From: Oikopleura dioica
Lineage: Eukaryota; Animalia; Chordata
Length of the DNA: 64,000 nt
Assembly: GCA_907165135.1 (NCBI GenBank)
Contig: OU015569.1
Coordinates: forward strand, 7,936,001 to 8,000,000
Direction of reading: 5' to 3'
The first letter of the stretch is position 1, and every line of letters begins with the position of its first letter. Position numbers and translations under genes: made by a program. Positions 12,655-25,700 of this stretch are shown here, one piece after another. The notes below the pieces were generated by a model, which was not told the DNA's origin, did not search any database, and saw only the letters and a program-made list of their open reading frames with translations.

Positions 12655-13929
12655 TCAAAAAGGGTTTTCTAGATTTTCATGGGTATTATCACCATTGTCG
12701 CCGACAGTTTTATGCCTGAGGAATAAACTCAGTATTGCCAAAGTTAAAATTACTCCAATCATGCTGCAGAGTATAATCAATATGTTGAGTCTTCTTTCGT
12801 CTGGCATTGTGTCCCTTGTAACGGTGCCTCCAGATTCTGTTGTTGGGGCATTATTTGTTTGGCTAGTTCGATCGTAAGAAAGCGTTGTGGCTATGTAATC
12901 AGTCGATAGTTTAGTGTATAGACTTTGCTGCGAATTGCTTGTCGATTCTTCCATCCGCTGTGTTGAGTCTTAACATTCGTATTTTTCGAGAAAACACAAT
13001 TCGTCTAGTTACAATCATAATTGGCTTCGCTTGTGAATGCAATACCATTCGTCGTAATTTCTGGCTTTTGGATGATATCACAACTAGTTCTCTCTTCCTG
13101 TAGCACCATGCAGACGATAATCTCATAATAACTCTCACCGTCGTGATCAATGCGATCACAGCGAGTTTCTTTCCAATAACTTTCATGTGAGTAGTCGTTG
13201 TAGTCGTTATAACTGTAATCGATTCTGTATATGTTCACAAAGACTGCCGGAAAATCATCCTTAGACAGAGAAAACACGTTCCTGAGTTCTGCGCAATTTT
13301 TATCCGGAGAATTCGTAGCCTCGTCATGGAAGTGTGCTTCAACTTGGCAACTTTGATGAACGCCGTCAAAGAAGGGCTCCCAGAAGTAGCTCCCATTAGA
13401 AGATATGTCTGTGGGATAAGAATCGGCCACGTTAAGTGTACTCTCTCTTGTAATCTTAATCCCTCTTCCTTTGAACCCCGAGTAACAGTTTCACCTTCGT
13501 CGTGTTGAACGCGCCTTGAGAATATGGACCTAACCAGTCTCCAATTAGCTCTTCTTGCTCCTTGCTTGTATAAACTGACCGAGCGTTCTGAAATATTTGA
13601 AAACCGACTCGCTTTTCCTCCAAAGAGACTGATTTTTAAACGCTTGACTGGGCTGTAGCCACTTGAGAAACATAAGTCGCCATACTCATCGAACGTGAGC
13701 TTCTTATCACCAAAAGAATCGCCGGAAAAGAAGAACAGATCTGATTCGAACACTTCCCCGTCTGGCGGCAACCAATTTATACGCTAAATTTTACTAATTT
13801 TTACTACGTCAAGGACGTTTTTAACAAAAAATGATATTTCACCCAAAAAGCAAATGATACCTCATCAGCGATCTCGGCACTAATTCCAAGGCATTCCTCT
13901 AAGATAACAACTATTTTCAGAATATGCAT
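12655..13929 (-). CDS. C-type lectin-like type I membrane protein (two apparent frameshifts)
   Basis: Signal-like MHILKIVVILEECLGISA. CTLD-like Cys pattern (YGDLCFSSG...LLLGVQR...NCAEL...YWKETRC...IIVC), Ser/Thr stalk and TM LNILIILCSMIGVILTLAILSLFL. A 44-bp GT-AG intron joins the last two exons. The reading needs +1 shifts near 13635 and 13478. Confidence 0.6.
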
Positions 13930-14330
13930 GGCGTAAATGAATTCGGCGAAGTTTTTTCACAGAGTTTGAACAACGTCAAAATTCTTCCGATACTTGAAAG
14001 TATAACACCCGCCTTAATCTTGTTGACAAACCCAAGGAACCACGAAAAATTTCCGCATATTTGTACATTAAAAAAATAACCAGTATCGAGAGAAATTTCA
14101 ATAAACTTTACACTATAAAGTCAAAGTATAAGTTTTATAATAGAAGGGACTACTATTTATCGTCTTATAATTTTGTATTTATTGCCAGAGAATATTGAGA
14201 GTAGGGAAAGTTAGAGTAAGAAGAGTATTTAAGAGTATGATGCCCTTAAATTTGATAATATCAATTGTTACAGAGAATGTGTTTGTCAAACAGTTTGACA
14301 GATTGTAACCGCTGAAGTGTGATTTGTGAC

Positions 14331-16041
14331 TTATTCGTGGACTCTGATCATATCTTCGTCACAGAAGCTTGTTCGGCAGTGAGGACACTGTGCCTCCGTC
14401 TCGTGCCATCCATCCCAGCCTGGGCTCGGCAAACTGAGCTGTGTAAAAACCTGTCACAGGTCCTGTTTCCTGTTTTTGGGGAACCTGTCTGAGTACCTGT
14501 GTAAAATCGGGTAATAATTTGGGCCTGTCCTGTGTACCTGTGTAAAATTGGGGGATAAATTTTTCTTTTGCTGTCCCTGTTCCTGTTTCTGTCTTAAACA
14601 GGCCTGTGTTTCCCGCTCAGGTCCTGACCATAGACAGGTTCCTGTGTAACCAGGTCAGGAACTGCATAAGTCAGGGAAAATGTATAAAGAAATCAATAGC
14701 GAAAGACGTGAAAAAGAGTACAACAATCAAAATAACCGATAAATGCGCGTCTTTTTGTTTCTTTGTAATATTTTTTCTCAGAAATTTCCTGTTTTTTGTC
14801 CTGTATCAGGGCCTGTTTTCTGTTTTCTGACCCGCTCAGACCTGTTCAGGCAGGCCTTGACCTGTGTAACCTGTTTGATAAGCTGTGTGAAAAAACCTGT
14901 CTGAGTACCTGTCTAAAATCAGGATATTTTTGCTTCCTGACCTGTGTACCTGTGTAAAATATGGGACAGAATTTTTTTTTTCCTGTTCCTGTGTCTGTTC
15001 CTGACACAGTTTGCCGAGCCCAGATCCCAGGAGTCATCGTAACCTACGGCTTCTTCGAGAATCTGCTTCAAGCAGCCCCAACAGCTTACATGTCCGCAGT
15101 GCCTAAGAAGCCATTTACGGCTTTCGTAATCATCGCTGTATTTCTCAAAGCAAACTTGGCAAGTTGCTGCGCCTAAAACAATTTATTTTTTCTTATTGTT
15201 GTGAAAATTTTACCTGAGTTTTCTTCCTCTTCTTCTTTCTCATCGTCCTTCTTTGTGATTTCATGATACTCGTAGGACAGTTGCTTGTATCGCTTGGAGA
15301 CGATGTCCATCTCTCGATCTTTCTCTTCGAGCTTTTTCTCCATGGCTTCCTGGACTTCTCTTTTCTTTCCGAGTTTCCTGTCGATTTCCTCAATTTCCTT
15401 CAAAGTCCTCTCGATACTCACTTTTTTAAGGCGCTGGAGATTCTCCATCTGGGCATTGCTCTTTTTTACTTCTTCACATTCACGCTTTGTTCGTTTCTTT
15501 TCTCGCTCGATATCTTCATGCAGCTTCGCGATGACATCAAGTTTCTTTTTCCGGGCTTAAATTTTAATAGATATTAGATTATGATAGATCACTACCTTTA
15601 TCATTGTCTGTGAGCCACTTAGAAGCTTGCTCACAGCAAGATCCAAGGTAGAATTCGTGGAAGGATATTTTGTCGGAATTGCAGCTTCCGTCCGTAGAGA
15701 ACGCTGGGCATTTGAACACAGCATCGGATTTGTCGAATGTTTTTCCTTGAAGAGCAGCATCGCCATGTTTCTTTTTCGCGCAGATTTGGCAAAGTCTCTC
15801 CTTGTTGATTTCGATCGTCTCTGCAGGAACTCTGGAGTTATTTTGTAAGAATATAATGTTTTTTTTAATCTTACCCATCGCATTCTGTGCCTTCGCATTT
15901 TCCAAATTTTCCGATAGATGTTACTGAATCGGGATGGACAGCTTCGAAGTCGTCTGGCCTTTGAATTTTGATCTTCTTTGGTGTTGATGAAGGTGTCGCA
16001 GTGCCGAAAGTATCCTCAAAAGATCGAGATCTGAGTTTCAT
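14331..16041 (-). CDS. Zn-finger/coiled-coil/C-terminal C3HC4 RING protein, last exon interrupted by a MITE
   Basis: Start MKLRSRSFEDT, a Cys-rich segment (CQICAKKKH), a coiled coil, then CQVC...CGHVSCWAC. Removing 14420-15023 plus one TSD restores ...DDSWDGWHETEAQCPHCRTSF...HE*, completing the RING. Confidence 0.8.
14420..15023. mobile_element. hAT-type MITE (604 bp)
   Basis: 17-bp TIR CTGGGCTCGGCAAACTG and TSD ATCCCAGC/ATCCCAGG (7 of 8 match). Many CCTGT subterminal repeats, an internal direct repeat CCTGTCTGAGTACCTGT and no coding capacity. Confidence 0.9.
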
Positions 16042-16423
16042 TGTGATGTGTGCTGATTTGGAATAGGATTTGCCGATCTGAAGGCGTGTTTATGTATGGC
16101 CAGTGCAGCATTGCCCAGCATGGGTTCTATCAAAAGAGGGCGCCAGGCACATAGACTCTTGGAAGGTTGGACTCCAACCGCGCTAGTCTGTCTTGCAGAT
16201 GGATTGATGATTATCTTTTTACCAAATGGTTCTCAAAAAGATCGTTGCTTTTTCAACCAAATGGTTATCTGTGAATGAAACCATTTCATTCCCAGAAGAA
16301 AAAATCCCTCTTCTTTGTATATTCAGAAAGACAATCTCGAACTTGATAGAAATTTGTATTTGTATAAACAGATCGCTATTAACATATTTATAAGTATAAT
16401 ACAAGATACAGGATGCGCGGATT

Positions 16424-18772
16424 TCATACATAAGGTTTTAAATGACTGTGTTTTGATGAACTTCGCGAGTCTAAAAATGGAGAACTGGGCAAAACGGTGG
16501 TAGCAGCGTTCGAATTTTTTAGCTTTTGAATTTTGCAATCAAAGTTTCGCGATGAAGGGTCGTTTTTCATTGATTTTGGCTGGCGAAAACGCTTGTACGG
16601 TTTCATCATCCGTTGAAAGTGACGTCGTAAACGGCGTTTTATTCGAACTAATAAGTGAACGAAGTTGTAGAGACTAAAAATGAAATCATGGAGGATTTTA
16701 TTTAAAGATTTAAGGTCGGCAAGTATACAAGGAAAATTAAATCTTCATTAAACGTTTATTTAAAGTGCACCGTACTGTTCCTTGGTAATCACTTGTAGAA
16801 AACAATTTAGACCGAGAGACAAACCTAAGACCGAGAATCAGGCTCATAGATCCTCCCATATCGGAGAGCAATTCTGAGAGCTTGTAATCGGCTTCTTCTG
16901 TTCTGAGGATCCAATTCGGCTCATCGTTCAAACTGATCACAGTTGAGATCAGATCAATATCTTTGGTGAGATTCACTGTTTCTCGGACGAAGTTCAAGTG
17001 CTCCGAGTTCAACTCCACATGCTATGATAAAATGCAAAAGTGAAATTTTTCTGAACCTACATTCACATTTCCCTTTTCTATTGTTGTATATTGACATTTC
17101 GGATGACAGCGGATCGCTTTCAGCTCAGCTCTATGTTCTGTGTTCGTTTGCAGTGGCGCAATGCATGTGGCGTGCTGGAAAAATGAACAAGGGTCCGTGT
17201 CATTCATTTTGTCCTTCAATTCATCGCTCAAGTATCCTGGGTAACACTGGCATTTTCTCTTAAATTGAAGGTTTAAATTTGCCTCGGCCATTCAATATTG
17301 GAGTCAAGGAAGAGAATTTCGATTCAATCTCACCTTGTAGCCCTCAATTATCTTCTCATATTCGCAGGTGTTCCGTTTATAGTTTTCATCGAGGATACAT
17401 TTCTTATAAGGGTGGCCCAAGTGCGTAATTTCGACATTTTGAAGAGTTGCGATAGTCGTTAGAGTAGGAATAAGCGGAAACGAAGCCTTTTCTTCTTGAA
17501 ACATTGAACTCCGTTCCATAAAATAGACAGTCAATCCATTCATGTAACCATTCCAGCTACGAGTAAAGATTGATGAGAACGAAATACGGATTTAATCAAT
17601 TGAGCCGTCTTTCAATAAATATTCCATGCACCTACCCGTATGTCGAGTCGCTTTTGTTGTACGCAATCGTAAAGCCGAGCTGCCTTAGTTTGCGGGTTTC
17701 ATCTTTGACCCTTGGAACTGGGTCTTCTCCCCTCGCCTCGTTTATTTCACTCTGAGTTTTAACATAAAACTCTAAACAATATCCTAGAAAACAGAAGCAA
17801 TTATAAGGAGATTTATTTAATCTAGCTAAACCTTTAGAAGTCTTCACAAGGCGCCAACTTTTTCGACAATCGTACGTTTCTATCCTGCAGATAACCATTT
17901 TATACGTCGGCCTAGAGTGTTTTTTTAATGTATCTTCTATTACTACACTGTCGAGCGATAAATATTTTATTTGAAGAAGACGTGCTTCCAATGTTATTTT
18001 CATGACTATGGACTTGTCAGTGAGAGGAGACATTAACCGTCTTGCGATTAGTCTCAGCCAAACAAGTCGCGATTCTTTACTTCTTGAGAAATCTTACTGA
18101 TACAGTAGCAACAAACCTAGTTTTTTTGAAAAAATCCTCCAAGTTCACATCAACGTCTTTCCAATATTCACTGGATGAGTTTTTTAACAGGTCTTCGCTC
18201 ATGTCTTAATCAATTTAGTTTATATGAATAAATTAAATCGGGCTTGATTTAGGTGGAAATCGATGTGCAACCACTTCGATCATTTTTGTCTTATCCGTTC
18301 GCTCTCACCTAGTCCGTATAAATTATGAATCCGCTTGGCATCGACTTTTGGATAATTCAAACGCAATCGTTCTTTTTGGTAGATTCTTATTCCTTCATTC
18401 TTTCGAAATTTAATTCTATCTTTATATCAACATACATATCTTGGGTTAGGGTTAATCTTAGAGTCAAAAAGAAGACAAGAACCTTTTCCTTTAGAATGCA
18501 TTGAATTGTGACAGACGCGTATTTTCGGAAAGAAAGCAGGTGTCTTTTCATCCTCCTTTGTTATCATATGGGATCGATAAACGAAGTACTTGTTCAAATT
18601 CGTGAATATCATTCGACTATAAGAGACTCTTTTTTTGAGACAGCATTCCAGCATTACTTGTACAGACGTTTAAGCCTTTCCTGGTAAATAAAACTCCACC
18701 ACACCAAAAGATAAGCCACATAATTTGATTCGAGTTCGGTTTCGAGTTTCTGAAGATTTTGTGATGATGCAT
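16424..18772 (-). CDS. DEG/ENaC (amiloride-sensitive channel) family subunit
   Basis: TM1 IMWLIFWCGGVLFT, post-TM1 FPKIRVCHNS, Cys-rich HLGHPYKKC...NTCEYE...CQCYPGY...CHPKC, and TM2 LLSDMGGSMSLILGLSL with a GxS filter. The 5' end is uncertain. Confidence 0.8.
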
Positions 18773-20780
18773 CTTTCAACGATAAAAAGTTTACCGGAGC
18801 CACATTTTGAAAGATTTTTTCTCTGCTGCGTTTTCCTTAAGATTATTGAACATAAAAAGGAATTTTTTAATCAGATAACTTAATTCAATGAATTGAAAAT
18901 TAATATACCTGTTCTTCAGCTGTCATTCGATTCGACGATCTCGAATCAGGCCGAGGACAGATCAGCCGACTGCAGTAATGATCTCAATAAATATAAATAT
19001 CTCCCGAGCAAATTCATTTTTATAGTGACATAGAATATGATATTCTGAATGTCCATTGTATGTCGATTTTTGATCGTTTCTTGGAGAAGTCTGCTGATTT
19101 TGATCCTTTTTGAGTGGGGTCGATGTCCGACTACTCGTTGTTGTTCGCGTTTCAAAACAGAATTTTCAATTTAATCACAACTATAAAAATGGACTTTGGG
19201 GAGTTTCAGATTGAAAAATTCCTTCAAAAGTATTCGTTTCAAAACTTTCTGGAGATTGGAGATACTTTGAGGGTTGTGATTTTTCTGTTCTCAGCAAGTA
19301 AGTAGTTTTTATCAAAAGCCTTCCTTGTTATTTATTTTACTTCTGGCGGGCGTGTTCTCTGTTGGGAAAAATTGGGGAATGCGCGACCTTCCAGTTTCGG
19401 GTTTATCTTTCTTCGCTTGATTCTTAATCATTCTGACTTTGCTTCGGACGACCGCTTCGTCAAAAAACTGCAGCGATAGATTAGCGCTTTTCTCGTCCAC
19501 AAGCATACTTTCTTGCTAAATATCACATAAATCGTAGTTTAGGCTCCATGCTTCCCATCAAAAGCATGCAACAAATGTCAGAGTTCAATTATATTCGAGG
19601 ACGATTTCTCTCGATGACTAGTCCTGGCTGCAGATGAGAACGGATTGTGTTTTCGTTAATAATTCTGTGCGATTGCTCTTTGCATAATATCGTTTTATCT
19701 GACGGGTGGTTTTTGAGAATTCTCTCTACCACCATCAATGGTTCATAAGGAGGCGCCGCCGACTTAGCTAAATTGACCAGAAACATAGCTATAAACTATT
19801 ATTTAAATAAATTATTCTCCCAGATAATAGTAGCTAAGTCATCACTCAACAGAAACAAATCCTTAAAAGGATCCTATGATTTAAACATTCGATGCACGAT
19901 TAGCTTTACTTTACAATTAAACGGCTTGATTTAAACCTTAGGAATGGATGACTTCATTTCAAGTATCACTCAATGATCGTTGGATATCCTGAAGATGACG
20001 GAAGACTAGACTGCAAAAACATTTCCGTGATGGCTGGGCTTTTTCAAAGTTATCTCTGTCTATTAGCTAAAAAATCATTGAGATCGATTAAGGAGATTGA
20101 AATCATGAATCAGGATTTCTCTCCAGAAATTTTATGAAGGGGAGGGAGTCGCCATTCTTCTGCATGCAGACTAGTTTTTAAGGTTTCCCTCAGAAGACAA
20201 AATCAGTTATGATGTCTACCCGTGTTATGGGCAATACGGTTATGAACAACGACGATAAACAAAAACGAAGATTGATGCTGAGACGACGCTATTTATTTAG
20301 AGTGTACTGATACAGCAGGCAACTATATTTTTTCGTAGGGTCGAGAAGCTCTTTTTCTTCGTCATAAGCGGCGTAATATATTTTTGTATTGCTGCGTTTC
20401 GCCCGTTACTTTATTTTCCGTTTTGGAATCGTATTTTTTTGTGTTGGATGTCTTCAACACATTTCTTGTATATTTAGGCAAGTTTTAAATTAATCGAAAA
20501 ATGCTTTCTATCTGGGAATATTAACAGAATGGGAAAAGTATCTTTATGTGTAGTTGGTGTTTCGAAGCTATTTACAAGTTTATTTTATCATATTACCTGG
20601 CTTCCGGCTGTGATTCCATATTTTAAATATTCAAATATTTCTATCATTTTATAATAATAGAAAATATAATCACAACCAGAAGAAAATTTCACTTTTCTGA
20701 TAAACTTTCTCTCGCACATTTAAAATTAAGCGAGCGAAAATGGAATGCGATTTTATACGACTTTTGTCGCGAGAGTGCAC

Positions 20781-22715
20781 TTAGGACGATAGAGCGTTGT
20801 CGTAGCATTGCTTGCCATTATACTGCACGTAGCAAGTTTGTGTCGCCGTGCACCCCCCGTTTTGGTACATACACTGATCTTCTTTCCAGTAATCGACCTG
20901 AAGTACTGTTAAATAGGATTGATCAGTATGAGCTTGCACCTGGCAGATATCGTATCCGACGTCTGGTACAACCGATGCGAGTCCTGTAAAGTCAGCAACT
21001 GAGAAAACATTCTCCTCGGACGGGAGTGAGGCGATTGAAGACAACGAGGACCCATTCACATTTTCACCAATACCTACCGCGACAACCCGATAAGCCTTGT
21101 CTAAAAATGGGTTAACGAAATGTTCACAATATTGGTCGGGAAATTATTATTGCGGAATGAAAAATATATTTACTATGAACATATTGAAGATCTTCGTAGA
21201 AATCGAGAGTGTTGAGATTGTCAGTCAGGACGACGAGAACAGATGGAATTTGGTCGTTCTTTCTCCACCCGTTAACAGCATTGAATCCCTCGTCGTGAAT
21301 GGTCTTAAAGGCGCTGCCGATATTTGCACCATTGTCGGCAGGTTGCAAGATTCCTTGTTCGAGCGCGCTTCTCAACGTAGCAGAGTCAAAACTGGCAGAG
21401 TCAGATAGAGAAAACACCCTAGAACGAATTAAAATATTGAATAACGAAACGATCATACTGTGAGGCGCTATTAGCGTATTGGTAAACGCAAAATTGAAGA
21501 TCTTCGCTTCCGAAATTTCCAATGTAACTGTGAGTATCGCGGACGAAGTTTCGCATCATTCGGATGCTCTTGTTATCTGTCGCGTTGTTAACTGGAAGCA
21601 AGAAGCATACGTCGACATAATTATCTTTGCACTGTTTCTCGTCGCAATCTTGAATTCTCGTTTAATACTCTTTCATGATTATTATTGATATTATTTATTT
21701 GCAAACAAAAATAACCTTGCGTATTGCAATATTCGACATCTTCAGCGAAGCCTTCACATCCGGGGGCATTCATGTCGCCAGTAGGATTTCTATATCGATT
21801 GCGCTGTCCACCACCGCAGGTCTCAGAACATTTATCCCATTCAGTCCACTCGGTCCACTCACATGTTGGCCCTTCTGTCGTCGTAGGTGCCTCCGTGGTC
21901 GTAGGTGCTGGCGGAAACTCAGTTACGAAACCGATGTCAAGCGAGGTTGTTTCTGCTTCACCGTCTGACGGACTCGTCACTGCCGGTGTCGTTGTTGTTG
22001 TCGTTGTGGCTGATGTTGTTGTCAATGAAACAGGCGTCGTTGTGTTCGTCGGTGGCGACTTGATTATTTAATTTAGGAAGCTTATTTCTTGTAAGCTAGA
22101 TTTTACCTCTGTCGATGTCTTCCAAAAAGCCATGCCCTTGCAACCAGCGTATTCTTTACCATTGCAGTAGTTCCAAGTGCAACAACAACGGCAGACGGAG
22201 TTTTCTGGGTGCGTAAAAGGTTGACATTGTGTGTCCTTCCAAGCGGCTCGGGGATTCTGTATGTGATTGTTAACACAAGCATGCCTAAATCATTTATATT
22301 GATTGAAGAAATTGAAAATTTACTCACTTTTGTTTGCACCGCTGGGTGATTGACATGAATTTCCCACCTGGGCCCCAGGTTCTGATTTCTTGCTGACAGG
22401 AATTCTCATTTTCGTTGCACCTAGAAAAGTTTTCATTTTTTTATCGAGAGATTTCCCCGGGCAATTCAAAATATTGCCATGTGCAGTTACGTCGCATTGG
22501 CCGCTCCGTTTTTATCAAATACGATAAGTCTCGAAACGTGAAAAGTAATTTACTACAGTAGCTTCCGAAAATTTTTCTAGCTTTAAGATTTTCCGTCTTC
22601 ATCGCTGTTTGTTTTCCGAACATGGCGTTTACTTACTCTCTTGGTTTTCTTTGTGCCTTGCATTCATCCATGTTTTTTGCATTGTCGCATTCATAGCATA
22701 TCAGCGCGTCTAAAA
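20781..22715 (-). CDS. secreted LU + Thr-rich mucin + TSP1 + VWA + EGF-like protein (signal exon not located)
   Basis: LU: LICYEC...CNENENSCQQ...CKQKHAC...CRCCCTWNYCN. Then a poly-Thr linker, TSP1 WTEWTEWDKCSETCGGGQRNR, VWA VDVCFLL...VLVVLTD...VVAVGIG and EGF-like CMYQNGGCTATQTC. Confidence 0.8.
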
Positions 22716-25700
22716 ATCGTAATTTAATTTCCAAAGAAATACAAATCTTCAATATTGTTTGTCAGTGATTGTCTATCACGTTACAAATTTCTGTTTCCTG
22801 ACAGTTCCGATTGCGAAAGGCTCGATCTCAATGGCTGCGGCTAATTACAACCGCTAGATTTGCTTATTTTTACAACAATTATTCAGCTTATCAGAAGAGA
22901 AAATTGCTACTGATGGTCGTGTCTCTAAATATTTTCCGACTTTTGTCGACTTTGAAAAAGGCGAGTCTTAGCGTCGAATTGTTTATCAGTGCTCTTGAAT
23001 CTGAGTCCCGATTATCTAATAGTTAAGCCCTAATTCAGATTGTCGCAATTGCCCTTTTAGAGTTTCTTCGAAAAGGAAAAGCCTTCTTCTTCTGATTAAT
23101 TCGATAAATATATCTACCAATTTATGATAAGAAGTGCGCCTAGCCCAAGTCTTCTACATAAATTTCAACATGTCAGTTTTTTGATTTCTCATTTCACGCT
23201 CTTGGGATTGACTATCTCAGAAAGCCGAATTGTCAAGTCAAGGGCATGTTAGTTGAACACTTTCGAATGAGTAACTCATCAACTGTTAATTAAAAGAATT
23301 AGATAAATTAAAATAAAAGAATCAAAGGGCTTAGAGTGGAAACTCCGAAAAGGGAATTTCGTTTAGTTTAAAATTTGAAATTCCATTTGCACAATATCTG
23401 TCACGATAAGAAATTCTATTCGCATTTCATTTCAAGCGCTGGTTGATCCGTACGTGGATCGAGAAAAGGGGCCTTTTATTTTTGAATATTTCTAGGATTG
23501 TTCAGTTCCTTATGTTGATTAAATGAGTCGATAAGCGATGATTTCAAGAAAACATAATTATGGAGTTGCTGGAACGAGCTTTTGGCGAATGCTCTTTAAT
23601 CGCACCGAGTGAGCCGATCCCTGGACTAGTGACTAAAATTAAAAGCTCGTGAAAAGGGTTTTCCGTCGTCTAGAGGAGTTATCCTCTGTGGAAAGCTCCA
23701 CTTAGCTCATTTCATAAAAGGAGGCCGTTATTAGCCGGACCGCCACTTAGTGGCAATGCTTTTCGTCTCTAGTTCCAGACCAAATTGCCAATGCTATTTT
23801 CTATGGCCTATTCAGATGATTCACATGCTCTTTGCAAATAAAAATGAATTTCAAATATATTTTACTTACGTGTTATGCCGACGAGAGCGAGTGATAGAAT
23901 CTTCATCTCTATGCCGCAATCAGCAGAACAGGCGAAAAATGTAAAAAAGTAAAGCTCTTGAAATCCAATCAAATAAATTGACAGATATTCCTTCGGTACT
24001 TCTTTTTCCGCGATTCCGTTTGCGACGTAGATATAGACGATTAAGCTGTGCTTTGATCCTTTTAGCTCTTCTTCTTTTTTCTCCAATTCTGTTGTTCGAA
24101 AGGTGTATTCCTTTGCGAGAAAAAAAACTAAAAATGAAGTAGAAGTACTCTCTGAATGGACTGTGAAATTTCTGTTGGCTTATTTCTCCCGTTGATGATT
24201 TTAGGGAGCGCGCGGAGCAGTGCGCGGCGCAGCGCCCCGCCGTGGTCTCTCCCTCTCTCTAGCGGCCTCCGACATCATTATTCTGGAGAAAGAAATCACT
24301 CTTCACACTAAGAGTGAGACGAAAGCTCTTTAGTTACTGACATGAAAGCCTCTACAGTTGGTGGTAACTCCTCGAGATTCAGCGTCTTTGTATTCTTGAA
24401 TTATCAACATTTGAAAAAATTCGAAGAATCTGGGTTTTTAGCGCTTCATATTTGTGTGCATATCAGGAATTCAAAATCGTGACAGAAAATCAGATTACGG
24501 AAACAAACGTGTTCACTCTAAGATGGGGAATTTTGAATTTGAAATCGTACGTAAAACTCCGTTCAATTCGTAAAAACTAGAAATGATGAGTCCTCCTGTG
24601 ATGATTAAAGAAACCTAATAGCTCAAAAAAATGAAACAAAATCTAATATGCTTGAAAATCCTTGCAAGAGGCCTTGAAAAAAGCACGTTCCTTCCGATTT
24701 TGATTTGAATCAAGTATGATGAATTACGTCTTGAAAATATATTCGCCCTTTGATTCAATCGAGAATCATCTTTGGAGAGAACAAATTTTACGTAGAGAAG
24801 GGCTCTCATTCGAGCCTATGATTCGAGCCATCCAGTATCTCTAGAATCTGGACTAGTGGTTAGGGTTAGAGACTGAAAACTCTTGACGGGGGGTCCGGCG
24901 TAGCCCCCTGGATTAGGCCTTGGGGTTAGAGACAGCTCGAATGATAAGTTATCATTGATAACCCCCTACTACCCAAATTTTATGATCAAAAAAGTGGAAT
25001 GCTAGGATGATCCACGTAACGTGCTTCAAGTAAGTGCTTCAATTTTTTAATTTGCGTATTCAAAAGTGACCGGCCCAGGATACCTCTTTCGTCTCACTTT
25101 TGCACGGTGCTTTCTTGAAAAAACATCCGTAATATTTAAACTGAGAATATGTCAATTTCTATTTCGGGGTACTTAAAATATCTACCATGATAAATGACTC
25201 ACTTTAGTTGCTGCGATTTGATAAGAAACGGCCTTGCTAATTCATGGCTGTAGAAGAAGATCGTGAATGCGTGGATATGGTGTGCGATAAAGTCAAGATT
25301 CTTGTGGTTGGCCTCTCCTGCTGCTCGAGGAGCTGGTTTAATTAGAAATTTCATCATCGCGCTTGCTCATTCGAATGAAAATACGCCTTGCTATACCAGA
25401 AAGGGAACACCTGCCACCAGTCCGGAATGTTTCCTTGCCACATGATTTATATCAAAAATCTACAAAAGCTAAGCGACCTTCTGCGAAGAATCGTGCGCTC
25501 TAAGAACACCAGTTTCTAGAACACCGATTGTTTTGATCTCACAATTCACTCTCAAGCAACCTCAACTTCTACCTACAACCCGTAAAAAGAAGACAAAAGA
25601 CAAGAGAAGAGTAGAGTCGATTGATAAAGTTGTCAAAGACGGTCTACTCTTCTCGTATGTTGTATTGAAATTGATTTTATTCAGGTAAGCTGGCTGTTTG

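Noticed and set aside
24858-24935. GGTTAGGGTTAG telomere-like bits and a GGGGGTCC...GCCCCC hairpin
   Set aside because: At most two hexamer copies, with no TIR or TSD. Probably a TE scrap.
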